A stretch of DNA of 64,000 nucleotides from Vitrella brassicaformis CCMP3155. Its lineage: Eukaryota > Protista > Chromerida. The stretch covers positions 248,001 through 312,000 of the forward strand of contig CDMY01000456.1 in NCBI GenBank assembly GCA_001179505.1, written 5' to 3'. Shown one piece after another: positions 23,820 through 36,482 of the stretch (position 1 is its first letter; each line of letters opens with the position of its first letter). The position numbers and the translations under genes were made by a program. The notes below the pieces were generated by a model. The model worked only from the letters and a program-made list of their open reading frames with translations, did no database searches and was not told the DNA's origin.

Positions 23820-25345
23820 ATGCCCACAGAGATCTATGAGTGAGTGAATGGGTAGATATATAGCTCGATTCGTGCGTCGCCGCTCACTCACTGGCTGGCT
23901 GGCTGCCGTCACCTGACTGTGCTGTCTGTCTGTCTGACTGTCTGCCTGACTGCTACGGAGGGAGGGAGGGAGGGGGGAAATAGACAGCGAGCTGTGTGGG
24001 AATGGCTGATGTATCGTGTGATGGTGGGCGTTCGCTGGTCGGTCTGGTCTCCCTCTTGAGTTGCTCCATGGAACCCAGAGTGAGCAGCGCCGGTGCCGAC
24101 TGCCTCACGCTGGGTTGCATGGCGAGGTGCGAGAGGGGGATGAGGTCGCAAAGCGACTTGTACGATGAAGCACAGCCACCACGATTGCGTAGGAATGCTC
24201 TGGGAGAGTGGTCGTGTGCGCGGGGCCAGCTGCCCGTACGACGCCGCCGCTGCCACCGGTGTGTATCATCGACCGTGATGACACACAGCAGTTGCACCGC
24301 TGCGTTGAATGACAGTGGACCCACACACTGAGCCACAACACCCTTTCTTCTTCCCCTGCCTGTTCCTCAGCTTGCCTGCCTGCCTCTTTCTCCTCTGTCT
24401 GTCTGTCTGTCTGCCTGAGAGGGTGGGTGGGCCTGTAAATATCCTTCATGAGATGCATATCGATCGCACGAAGACCAGAGGGGCGGAGGGGGGGGGGGGG
24501 AGGGATGGCTCTCTCGCTCACTGCCTCAGCCTCGCTGTCATCTTGCCTTGCCTTGCCTTGCCTTCCTATCTTTCCTCCGACTTCTCTCCCTCCCCACTCT
24601 CCGCCCCTCTGCCATCCCCCTCCCTCCCCTTGTCTCTCGTCGCGAGTAGTAGCCGCCCAGAAAGACCGACCAGGCTCTCTGTAGACAGACGCACGCGCTC
24701 ACACCAATAGGTACTGCCATCCATCCATCCATCGGTGGGGTCGGTCGGCCGGAGTCACGCATCGGTAGCATAGCAGCGAGCTAGGTGGGTTTGCATCGCG
24801 GGTTTGCATCGCACACCCACCTATTTAATAATTAGCCAGCAAGGCAAAGACGGAGGGATCGATGGTCGACGATTGATGACTCGAATCAAGATGAGAAGAG
24901 AGTGGCCTGGCCCTGGACGGTCTTTGGTGGCGTGTGGTGGTGCCTCTGCTGGATGGTGGATCGGTTGTCAGGTCACTCTCCCTCCCTCTCTCTCTTCTGT
25001 GACATGTGTTGCGTGCAGCGTGCATCCGAAAGGTGTGGATGCGATCGATGCGACTGGCTGACGTGACTGACTGACTCGTGCGTGCGGTGTGTTATGCGAT
25101 CGATGCGACTCAGTGAGTGACGTGCATGACGCCCTACTTAATTCATGAATAAGTGCACAGTGCAAAGCGTGTCGCCCAGCCCACGAAGTAGCAGTGGCCA
25201 TCCATCCATCCTGCCTTGTCAGTCTGTCTGCACAGCACAAACCACTGACCAGCCCAAATCAGTGAGGGCGTCACCACACGCTAGAGGCCAAAACATCGCT
25301 GTCTGTCTGTATGCCACAACAACTTATCCATTCCGTTCTGTTCAG

Positions 25346-27102
25346 TCAGCCGTAGGTCGTCGTCGCACCGTACTGCTGCACCTGCATCAGTGCAGTGGGA
25401 AGGAACACATGATATATATACACACACCAAGATGCATCCATTGCATTGTGTCCATCCGATCCGCGTGTGGTTCTGCCCGCCTGCCCCGCCAAAGTCACTG
25501 ACTGACCGTTCCTGGCGGCACTCTGACGATGAGGGGCTCCTGCTGCCCGTACATTACCGGAGAGGCGCCATCTGAGGCCAGCGCCATGCCATCATATCCA
25601 CCAACACAAACAACCATGGGTGCTGATCGAGTCGAGTGTGGCATCGCGTCTGATTCCTCCCTCCTACACACACACGTGCCAGGGGGTGGAGGTGGCATTG
25701 GGGGTCCGCCGTAAGGTCCGCCGCCGTATTCCTCGTCTTCATCATCGTCCTCGTCGATCTTGTGGCTGTATCCGTCACACACACACACACACACAGACAC
25801 ACACAGGCGTCACTCTCATCACACACTTCATCACTCGGCTGACTGACCACTGTGTGATGAGAGTGACGATGGGCACGAGGAGGAAGAGGGTGCCCGCCAT
25901 CGCCAGGTGAAACGAATAACTCACCGCCATACCTGAGATGTGTGGAAAGATACCCGAGACAAGACACTTATTTCCATGTCTCTGGTCCGGCCGGCCACTG
26001 AGTGGCTGACCTCCGCCTCCGCCGATCCCGAAGGCCGTGATGAGATTGTCACTGACACAGACACGTATCCACCGGTCTCCCTCTCTGTCTGTTTGTCTGT
26101 TTGTCTGTCTGTGTGTCTGTGTGTCTGTGTGCCTGTCTCTGTGGTTAGTCACTCGAACATGCCCTGAATGTTGTTGGTGGCCATGTAGTAGAACCCCAGG
26201 CAGGCCGCGCACGCCAACACAGGAGCGAGATGTAGAACTCCGTCTTCTTGTAGATGCCCTTGCGCCGCCCCCGCCGCGCCCACATTACGAACAGGAGCAG
26301 CGAAAACAGCTCAAACACCAAGGCGATACCCACGGCAAAGGTCTGCAAAGAAAGGGGCGAGAGGGAATGAGCAGAGCATTGTGACTGTGCGGTTGGTTAT
26401 TTAGCTGAGCAACCATGATGAAGGAGGCCCAGGCGACCATGTCCAGGTTGGCACAAGCGCTGTGGCCTGCACGTGTGCACGTGTGGACAGACAGACAGAC
26501 AGGCAGGCAGGCAGGCAAAAGGCAGAATTCGGTGTCTCCTGACACCCGATGCTGCAAGGATGCACCAACCGATGATTCCGTAGCTCTGCCGGGAGATGCC
26601 GCAGGCGATGTCGCGCGCATCGGTGATGAGGTGCTTGCCCATGATGGGAGACTCGCTGTACACACACGCACACACACATGGACACACACACGTGTAATTG
26701 ATTAGGAGGGAAGTCTCTGGGCCTGCGTGCCATGTGGTGTCTCTTCTGTCAGTGACGTGACTGACCAGAATTGTCTCATCAGTTTCTTCAGTTTCTGTGG
26801 CTCCTTTGCGCATGGACTGAATGCGATGTTCATTTCCCAGAGGGAGAAGTCTATCGTCAGGACGTAGACGAACACCACCGTCCACTTCTTGTGATACCTG
26901 CAGGTCAATGCGATGCACCCAATGGCATCCATCCATCCATCCATCCACACACACACAGACAGGCACGACACGACAAGCAGTGCAAGGGGGGGGAGGGCAG
27001 GGTGCGTGGCCCGTACCAGTAGGGGAGGAATACGGCTATAACCCACAGCAGGAGTGCCAGGCACACCGACAGCAGGAACAGCAGGGGCGCCTTCGAGGCC
27101 AT
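25346..27102 (-). CDS. Claudin/PMP22-like four-TM protein with acidic, Pro-rich C-terminal tail; apparent 1-nt deletion near 26220
   Basis: TM1 LLFLLSVCLALLLWVIAVFLPYW, Cys-containing loop, TM2 TFAVGIALVFELFSLLLFVMW, TM3 ISLL(V)LACAACLGFYY, TM4 SYSFHLAMAGTLFLLVPIV, tail DEDDDEDEEYGGGPYGGPPMPPPPP. Confidence 0.7.
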
Positions 27103-27279
27103 CCCGTCTCGACGCCGTCTCACTCACTGCACAAAGCTGCCTCTTCTTGCTAGGAGGTGCTGTCCCGTCTGCTCTCTGATTCAAATTGCTCGGGGGGAAA
27201 GGGGAAATTGGAAGAAGAGAGGGGGGGGCGCCGGGGGCCGATCAGCGAGCTCAGCTGAGATTCTGACTCTTTCGCCGAC
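27103..27279. promoter_or_regulatory. Putative bidirectional promoter (claudin-like / coiled-coil gene)
   Basis: 177 bp between divergent ATGs. Confidence 0.5.
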
Positions 27280-30200
27280 ATGTCCTTGAACAGCGCCCCC
27301 TCCCTTCTGCGCTGCCACGCGAAATACTCTGAAAGTACACAGGGGTTCACTCCCCTGCTGACCAGCAGCATCCTCCACACAATCCCCCCAACCCGCATCA
27401 ACCTCGCCAACACAACCGACCAGAATGCCCTCAACCTCGCTCAACACCACACGGCGCCAGGGGCTGCAGATCAGCCCGCATCAGAGACCCATCTGCCAGA
27501 CCAGCAGCAGCGGGTCCAAGGAGGCCTTGCCCAGCCACAGCCCCACACGCAAGACGCCATGCCACCGGCGGCGTTTCAGGAGCTCCCCCTGAAGCAGCTG
27601 ACGTCGGAGCAGCTCAAACAGAGATGCGAGGCGCGCTTCCTGCACCTGGCGCGATGTATCGAGAACGTCTGCATGGACGCCATGAGTGCCGAGTGGGAGT
27701 GGCAGAAGCGAGTCGGCGACAGGGCCCGGGAGCTGTGGGACTGTGCAGAGGTGGTGATCAGTGAGGCCATGGACACGGTGGCGCACTGTGTGGCGAGGGT
27801 TGAGGCGGCGAATGAGAGGCGGGACGAGGTGCGGCGGGAGAACGATGTGTTGCGCCGACGTGTGGGTGAGAAGGAGAGAAAGGTGCACAGCGTCAAGGCA
27901 AAGACATCCGATGAGCTCAAGAGACACGTGGCAACACTCAACTGCAAGTGGGTTACTCATTTAAACACAGGCACCACCAAGAATGCCTGTGTCCACTCAT
28001 TATATCGTTTCTCTGCTGCAGGTGGCGGAAGGAGAGGGCCCAGCTGGAGGCTGTCCGAGCGCACTTAGAGGAGTGCTCGAAGCGGCTCGACACCGAACAC
28101 CCAGGGAGCCCCATTAAGCAGGCACAGGAGGAGCTGCTCGATCAACAGCAGATGACCAAGTGAATCATACATGAGACATTAAGACGGAGAAACCCACAAC
28201 AGGCATTGCAACGAGTTTTGTCTCTATGCGTGTACTGTATGTGGGTGTGTGTAGGAGGGTGGAGGAGGAGCGTGAGAGGCTGCGTGTGGCCCTGGAGGAG
28301 CTCAGGCGGCAGTACACACACGTCGAGCTGACCCTGGAGGGGAGGGAAGCCGAAGTCGAGCATGTACTCGACATACACCAACAGACTAAGGTGATCGAGG
28401 AACTGCACCCACCACGCACATAGCCTCCCCTCCCACCACTCACATCAGAGTGTGCCGCGTAGATAGGCGGCGCTGCGGGAGGCGGAGAGCCAGAACGCCC
28501 AGCTGAATGAGTGTCTTCACATGGCAGAGGAGGACCTCGCCGCACACAAGCTCCGCGGCCAAGTGGACCGGCTCAAGGTCGACGCATTCGAGCGAACTCT
28601 CTCCCCATTCCTGGTGAGACTGACCCGCACAAAAGACATACACACCGACCACACGCGCGTCACGCCTGTGTCTCTTTTCGCCTGTGTAGGGCGCCAAACT
28701 GCCTGTCCTGCAGCCCGACTTGTTGGGCGCCGCTTTCTCCCCGGCTGGTTCTCCCATTCGTCAAGGCCCATCCGGCCCAGGCTTCTCGTTCTACAGTCGT
28801 GTGTCAATCGTCAAGTTTGCCGCCCCACAGGCGGCATCGCCCTCTTCCAGGGACGGAGGAGGCCAAGACAGAGACGCCACCTCACTTCCATACGCACACG
28901 AGAGGAGGTCCACCAGAGGATCGACACTGCCTGCCAAGTCATCGGCAGCGGTCATGCTCCCTCAAGCGGCCTTCAGCACAGCCGAGTTGGTGGACGACTC
29001 GGCCAGGGGTCTGATTACCAAGAGTGCCGTCACGGAGTCGACTAATGTGCGTGAGGGTGTGGGCGAGGTGGACTGGTGGCATGAGGAGAGGAAGGAGAAG
29101 GAGGAGGGGGCCGACACCACCGGCAAGTCTGCCGGCGAGAAAGTGGTGGGCGAGACACGCAGCCAGCTGTTTGGGGCATCAATCGACTGACTGTCCTGGC
29201 TTCTGTATTTTGTGCCATCTATGGGTTTGCATTGCAGATGAGCATCTTTCAGCGACTGAAGGGTGTGCGGCAGACGGCTCTCAAGTGGAAAATGCGCTCA
29301 ATCGTCAAAAAGTAAGCCAGGCAGCCGCAGCAAAGAGAGAGACATGGAATTGGCTACCCCGCGCTGCGCTTTTCGTTCCCGCAGTCCGGTGAAGGTGTTG
29401 TGTAGAATGACGGCCATCCGCCCAGTCCCGCTGGATTGGTTGAAGGAACGAAACATGTAGGCGCGCAGGCCGCTGGCTACGACACACGCATCATTCCACG
29501 TGCGGTCCGTTTGTCCCTCACTGTTCAGTGAGGCGGGCCGTCTTGTCGAGATGGAGGAATTCTGCGCAGAATTCCGGTCGGTACCAACACCCCCCACCAT
29601 CTCATCCCTCGTCTCGTCCCCTCTCGCTGTATGTATGCAGTCAGGCGATGGCCTCAGCCCGCGGCGAGACAGACCTGGACCTGCTCAAGAGCCCCGTCGA
29701 TCCGCCACCAGACGACCTCCGGCAACCCCCTCCGCCCATCGACCTACTCCTCGGCCTTTTTCCGCCAACCAGAGGATCCCGCATGTCACGCAGCGGCATC
29801 ACTGACGGCGGCGGAGGGGGCGCGCCACTGCTGTCGCTGGACAGGGTGCGTGCGACTGTCCGGGTGTTGTTGGACGCCATGACGATGGATGTGTTTCTCT
29901 CGACGACGGACTTCCGTGCGCTGCCTCCCTTCACCGAGTACGTCATGGCGTGGCTGCAGCGGTATGACGTCAACATTTCGACTAGCGGCACGACAGCCGC
30001 ACCAGCTGTGCCCGGTCGGCGAGCCGACGAGGTGACGTCACAGGTGTGGATAGTGGAGAGAAAAGGCGCTGGAGCGGCGTCATTGGCTGTGGGTGGTGGG
30101 GACCGTCGTGAGGGCATGACTCTGGGCGACACGCGAGCAACCGAAGTGTTTGTGCGATCTGTGCTCACATACCGGTAAGATATCCGCACAGAGGAACAAA

Positions 30201-32308
30201 CGGCCCTCTGTATGTCTCTGTGTGCGTCTTTGTGTCTCAGCGAGCGTGGTGGATGGGAGGTCCACACGTTCGCATCGTTTCTGCTGGATGAGTACTCGAG
30301 TGACGTGCTGCTGTATTATTTGCTGATCCGGCACCACCTGATGGGCCTCGAGGTGCGCAGGAAGGACGACCTCACAGCCGAAGCCAAACTCGTCGACGTA
30401 CGCATGCACACTTTGCTTACACAGAGAGGAGACATGTGTATATTGTGTGGCAGTGATGAGACATGCGCTTATGTGTGTCCGCAGGTGAAGCAGGCCATTC
30501 GGTGGGCGCGGACCCTGCTGGGGTCTGACAGCTTCACACACAGGGAGATCAACACACTCTCAGAGGTAAAGAGAAGAGACACAAACCTTTGTTCATGCCC
30601 TTCCTCTCGCTGTCTGTCTGTCTGTCTGTCTGTCTCTGTCTCCGCAGAAGCTCATGTCGGCGGCTGTGCGGTTTGGGGTATCGTCAGCAGTCAAGAAGAC
30701 ATCAGAGGAGGACACTGAGGACGACAGCAGCCCCACCGGCAGCAGCACGGGGGACAAAGAGGGCACCCAAAAGACCAAGCACCAGCTGCCAGTCTACCTC
30801 CTGCTGCGGCTGTTCCTCGACGAATTCCGCGTCGAACGGTCAGCGACTGAGTGAGTGTCGGATCAGTGACTTGATGGATGCGACCATGCTGCCTCATTGC
30901 AGACACAAGCGTCTGTTCTGTCTCAAGTGGCTTTCGGAGCTGGCACTCACAATGAGAGGTGGGTCCTTCGGCGGAGCAGCAGCAGCTGCTGCAGCCACAG
31001 CCGGGCCCACCGCCACCGATCGGCTCTCCCAGGCACCCTCCGCCCTCCTCAGTCGCAGCGGCACCAAACCCCTCAGTGGGTCTGCGTCGTTCCGTCGGGC
31101 GACCACCATGCGGTCCTCCACTCTCAGTGGCCAGAGGAAGACACGAGACCTCAGCGAGGTACGGAGAGAAAGAGAGATCCATTGGCCGACTGAGCGTCGT
31201 CTGTTCGTGTGTGTGTGTGCGTCTGAGTAGGTCCTGGCTGACTCTGGGTCTGAGGAGGACGAGCACGACAAGGATGAGGGCGGGACGGGTGTTGCGGCCA
31301 TGGCGGCTGACGACACAGACGGCGGCGGCTTCTCGCCCTCACTCACCCTTTCACAGGTCATCCATCCATCAATCCATCCCTCACGTGTCTCCCTCCCTCC
31401 CTCGCCATATGTGTGTGTGCGTGTGGGTGTGCAGGTGTGTGTGATAGTTGCGGCGCTGTACCCTTTGCCGCCCGAGACAGCACCATACACACCCTTGTCC
31501 ATCGCCGCACGGGTCTTCAGGGAGGCCGCCACGCTCGGCAGAGGCCGCGTCGACACACAGTCGCTGGCCTGTGCGGTCGAGGCGTTGTGCCTGCCCTCTC
31601 TATCCGTCAAGTGGCATCTGGACAAACAGGGGCTGACCAGGCCAGAGTCGGGCATACTCGTGCCTGCTGCGGCCTCGCAAGCCTCTCCCGATGACGTCAT
31701 CAAACTCGTCCAGGTCAGTGAGCCCCACGATTCGATCCATGTGCACATACATCATGATGTATGTGTCTGTCTCTCTTGCTGTCTGTCTGTCGTGTGGGGC
31801 ACAGGACGAGTATGAGCGGCTCCAGCGGCTGACGGTGCTGGGCCCACGACCAAACGCCTATATAATGCAGCTGGGCGCCCTCACGTGTCTGCCCAACATC
31901 ATGGCGGCGCTGCAGCCGCCGATGGAGAGCAGGGACTCGCTCGGCACCGAAGACACCACACTCACCGACCTCTCACTCTTCAGGCACGTCACACATGGAT
32001 GCCAGGCCACACACAGAGGGGGGATGGACAGATGTCTGCAGAGACTCTCACTCTCTCTCTCTCTCTCTCTCTCCATTCCTTCACACAACAGGCTGCTGTC
32101 AGTGACCTTCTCCCTTGCCCGTGCAGTGTCTCTGGCACGGCTGACGGCAACTTTCGACCGGCCCCCCGCCTCGCCCCTGATGGTGCGCAAGGGCGGTGCA
32201 GGTGCCCCTGGTGGTGTGCTGGTGGGGAACAGGGAGATGGCCAGACTGAGAGGGGTGTTTAGCTTGCTCAGCGAGATACTCAAGCTGGAGCTGGACATCG
32301 TGTCGTGA
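27280..32308 (+). CDS. Large multi-exon hypothetical protein with N-terminal coiled coil
   Basis: About 14 phase-consistent junctions from MSLNSAPS.. to ..KLELDIVS*, with a coiled-coil region at 27600-28600. No family recognised. Confidence 0.8.
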
Positions 32309-32738
32309 TATATCGACTGACTGATGTGATTGATTGATGTGTTGTGTGTGACTGAGATGATGAGGCATTCCGGACGGACGCCAGCCTTGTCTATATGTCA
32401 ATGTGGTGTCTGTCATGTTACTTAGTCACTCACTCAGTCACTCTTTCAGTCAGTCAGTGTGGTTACAAAAGCCATTCGTTCATTCTCTCTGCCGTCCGTC
32501 AAAACTGGCTGCCACCCAAACAAAATGCATCCATCCATCCATCTCACATGCCGTCCACTCATTTATACCAATGGCAGCCACCGACCACCAATCAGTAAAC
32601 AAAACACTGACACAGTATTCACAGCCAGCAGCCAAGGGGGGGAGCGACCGAGGGAGGGAGGGAGGGAGGGAAGCAGGGAGGAGGGAGAGGGAGAGAGGAC
32701 GAAGGAAGGGCGTCCCTCCCCCCGTTGTGTGAATTCAT

Positions 32739-33127
32739 TCATTTCTTGGTCCTGTGTTCCTCGAGCATCTTCTTGGTCTGAGTCTCGATCTGCTTGCTCA
32801 TCTCGGCAGCCTTCTGCGCCTACACACACCACACCAGACCACACCAGACCACACCACGGCACAGCAATGATGCATAGTCACGCCGAGTGTCGTCGTGGAG
32901 GCAGAGCAGCATGGCTGACGTCTTTTGCTGTGGTGTCTGCGAGCCTGGCGGCCTTCTCCACTTCTGTCATGCACTTTTCAAGACGGACCTGCCGACCACA
33001 CAGACACAGACACACTCGAGGAATGCAGGAAAGCCCCTCTCTGTGCGCATGTCAGCCCCGCCCACCTCACCTTGTGTTCATTGAGGACGTCAGGAGTGAG
33101 CTGCCTCTCCCCCTGCTGGCTCTCCAT
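32739..33127 (-). CDS. Small (~68 aa) helical/coiled-coil protein, 3 coding exons (start uncertain)
   Basis: MESQQGERQLTPDVLNEHK|VRLEKCMTEVEKAARLADTTAKD|AQKAAEMSKQIETQTKKMLEEHRTKK*, joined by two canonical phase-0 introns. Confidence 0.6.
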
Positions 33128-33473
33128 TTGCCGCAACGAACAGACAAGGCAGCTGGTTAAGAAGCTGCAACCAATCAACCAATCACCTCGAACGGCTGGT
33201 GGTATCTGCTGAGCAGGACACTGTGACGGACACAACACATCCGTCTGTCATTCTTCACGCACATATTGGTCTAAGGTGTACCTGTTGAGCAGTTTTAAAG
33301 GCTCGGGGGTTCGGAAGCGGCTTAAGGCTCTCAATCAGTGCGAGCTCAGAAACTCGCGGGCTGGAGGAAAGGGAGAAGGAACAGAGGACAGCGGGGTGCA
33401 ACGACAGCAAGCGCAGAACCCCTACAAGTTTCTTTGCAGAAGCCGCCATCGACTTGGGCGGTCCTTTGAGTCG

Positions 33474-36199
33474 ATGCACGGTCCAGGGCCTCCAAGCTGG
33501 GAAGCCACCTCATCGAGCCTGTTGTCGGCTCCCAGCAGCAGCTCTGCCGCCATGCCGCCGCCCGACGTGCCCATGGCGCCCGTCGCCTCCCCCATATGCA
33601 CATCTGCCCTGCCCAGCCTGGGTCTCTGGGAGGGCGCCGTGGAGGCCGAGCCGACGCAGATCAACACTCAGACCAAACCGCACTTTGTCGAGGTGCACAA
33701 GGACAAGCTCACCGTCAGCTATGTCGGCAAGGGCAACCACACCGACTTCGGGGTGAGTGGAGTGGCACACACAGGCATCGCATTGGGCGCGAGATAGACA
33801 CACGACGTGTTCATGCTTCTCATGGGTTTGATGTGCGTGGGATGCGATTGGTCATGTCAGGCGGTTCAGTCGAACCATCCCGCCCCTAGTCGCCGCGTGG
33901 CGTATTACTTTGAGGTCAAGGTGCTGGACGCCGGCACCCGGGGCAACATCTGTGTGGGACTCAGCGACAAGACCACACTCCTCAACAGACAACCAGGACA
34001 AGATCAAAAGTGACCACACACGCACACGACCAACACACAATAAGTGCATCTCTCTCTCTCTCTCTGTATGTGTGTATGTGTGTGTGTGTGTGTTTGTGTG
34101 TGTGTGCAGTTCCTATGGTTATCAGGGTGAGACCGGCAAGAAGTTCTGCGGCAACGGTCAGAAGGGCGAGGCCTACGGCCCCCCCTACGGCAAGAACGAC
34201 ACCGTCGGCTGCGGCATACACTACACCAAGGGTCACGTTTTCTTCACTCTCAACGGCAAACACCTCGGTCAGTGCCATGCCACACACAGACGAACCACCT
34301 CACCTCCCGGACAGCCAGCCAGCTCATGCATTCTGCGTGCCGTCCTGCCCTGTGTGTTTTGCAGGTCGGGCTAGCGGGCTGGGCCCGTCTGAGTACTACC
34401 CCACTGTTGGTCTGCACAGTCCGGGTGAGAAGGTGCAGTTCAACTTCACCGGGCCCTTCATGTTCGACCTTCAGACACTCATACAAGTGGGCGATACACA
34501 CACGAATGGGTCCGCATTGGCTGGCTGACGGGTTTTTGTGTGTTTCTGTGTGTGTCAGGGTGAGTGTCAGGAGGAGCGCAGGATCATATCGCGCGAGCAG
34601 GTGTCCACCAGAATGCTCCACGACCTTGTCCGGTCATACCTCCTGCACGCCGGCTTCCACAAGACGCTACGCGCATTCGAACGAACCAGCAGTGAGCAGG
34701 GCACCGACACAAGCAGACACAACGCTTAGTTACGAGCCGTGCACTCTTGCACTCTCATCGCAGGTTCAGCCGACACCGACGTGACGATGCAGGACGCCCC
34801 CTCCCCCTCCCCCTTCCCGCCCTCCGGCCCCTCCCTGCTCGCCAACGGCCCCTCCAAGCAGATCGACACTGACACAGGCATGCACGACGACACTCCCAGA
34901 GACAGGCGAAGACAGCCGGATGACGCACACCAGCCATCTGCAGCACCGGCAGCAGCAGCACCGGCGGCGGCAGCCGGCGCAGGCAGCAGCAGCCGTGCGT
35001 GTTCGATTGATGAGGACGAGCAGAGGGCGGTGGGTGTGGGTGACGGTGAGGGTGGCGTTGGCGCCAGGACGCTGTCGGGTCTGGCGGTGGCGGAGCATGC
35101 GCTGAGGAAACTCAGGCAGACAGTCGTCGTCAGGCAAAGTAAGCTGACTGCCTGACGCACGACACCTCATGTGACATAAGGTGAGCTTGGGATGGCTTGT
35201 CTGGTGATTGCTCTTCCAGGCATCCGGCGTGCCATCTGTTCTGGGCGGATACCTGAGGCGATTGAGATCATCAACCAGCACTTCCCCAGGGTCCTCACGG
35301 TAGTCGTCACTGCAGTCACACGAGCACAAGGCTGACTGGCCTCTGTGTTGTTGTGCGCTGTGCTGTGTGGTCAGGAGCAGCCCCCCTCCCTTGCTGTCGT
35401 GCTGGTCGTCTCCCAACAGGTAGCACATCCAGACAAAGCCAGACAATCGCCGCGGTGCCGACTGACTGTCTCTGTCGTCGTGTGGTGTGTGTGTCATCAC
35501 CAGATAGTAGAGTTGATCCAGCGGAATGACGTCAAGGGCGCCCTGAGTTGGCTGCGGCAGGAGTGCAGGGCCGTCAGGGACGGCACCGCACACGCCAAAA
35601 CCGCACTCGAAGTACTGACGGATGGAATGGATAGATCAGAATATTGATGCACTTCCGCACGTGTGTTGCATTCAATGCATGTATGTGTCTGTGTGTGCAG
35701 GAGACGGCGGCGTTGATAGCGTATCGTGACCCCGAGCGGTCCCCCCTGGCGCACCACTTCGACCCATCGAGGCGGCAGCTGGCCGCAGACCTCATCAACC
35801 AACACATCATCGGTGCGGTACACACAGACATTCATGACATGACACACACGCAGAGAGACCAGCGTGATCGAGCCAGCCAGCCAGGTGGAATGTGGAGGGT
35901 CCATCCATCCGTCCGTCCATCCGTGCAGAGCGTGAGTTGGGTCTGAGCGGATGGGCGCCTCTCCACGTGCTTGTGAGACAAGTCGTGGCGGCCAGGTGCA
36001 TAGACGCACATACCAGCACAGTGGCGCTCAGATCCTTCTGGGCCCCTTCTGTGTCTGTGTCGGTGTCTGCAGGCGTCTGCTGTTCGAGCGCAACTTGTCT
36101 CGCGGCCCGTACCCTCATTCCCGCCACCTGTGCCAGGCTCCCCTGTACCAAAACAACCCACCAACTATCCCACCCCAGATGCAGGCAACCGACAACTGA
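33474..36199 (+). CDS. RANBP9: RanBP9/RanBP10 (GID1) SPRY-LisH-CTLH-CRA protein
   Basis: SPRY motifs YYFEVKV, SYGYQGETGKKF, DTVGCGI, FFTLNG, YPTVGLHSPGE; LisH LVRSYLLHAGFHKT; CTLH IRRAICSGRIPEAIE; CRA LIAYRDPERSPL..RRQLAADLINQHI. Confidence 0.9.
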
Positions 36200-36482
36200 G
36201 GGAGGGGGGCGGCGCGGTGTGTTCAGAAGATGAGGCATGTATCCCCGTAGGCTGCATCTATCTTGTTCAGTCAGCTGCATGGATGGCATGTATACATGGA
36301 TGACAGAATGTTGCGCGTGGGTGTCATGCGTGAGTGTATCATAGACAGGTAGGCGACTTATTGATTACTAATTGGAGGCGAGGGACCGTGTGGATGCATT
36401 AATTGCATGGCCATCCTCTCTCTGGAGCTCGCAAAGACGGGCGGCCGGCTGGGGGCATCTCCACATCCTCAAACATTCAACC

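Noticed and set aside
23950-24530. Microsatellite-free GC-rich stretch with 110-138 aa ORFs on both strands
   Set aside because: No consistent start or splice phase and no recognisable motif, so I cannot choose a strand or frame.
33255-33479. Longer N-terminus (MAASAKKL..REFLSSH-TGA-LRALSRF..) for the small minus-strand gene
   Set aside because: Needs several simultaneous lesions and overlaps the RANBP9 start.
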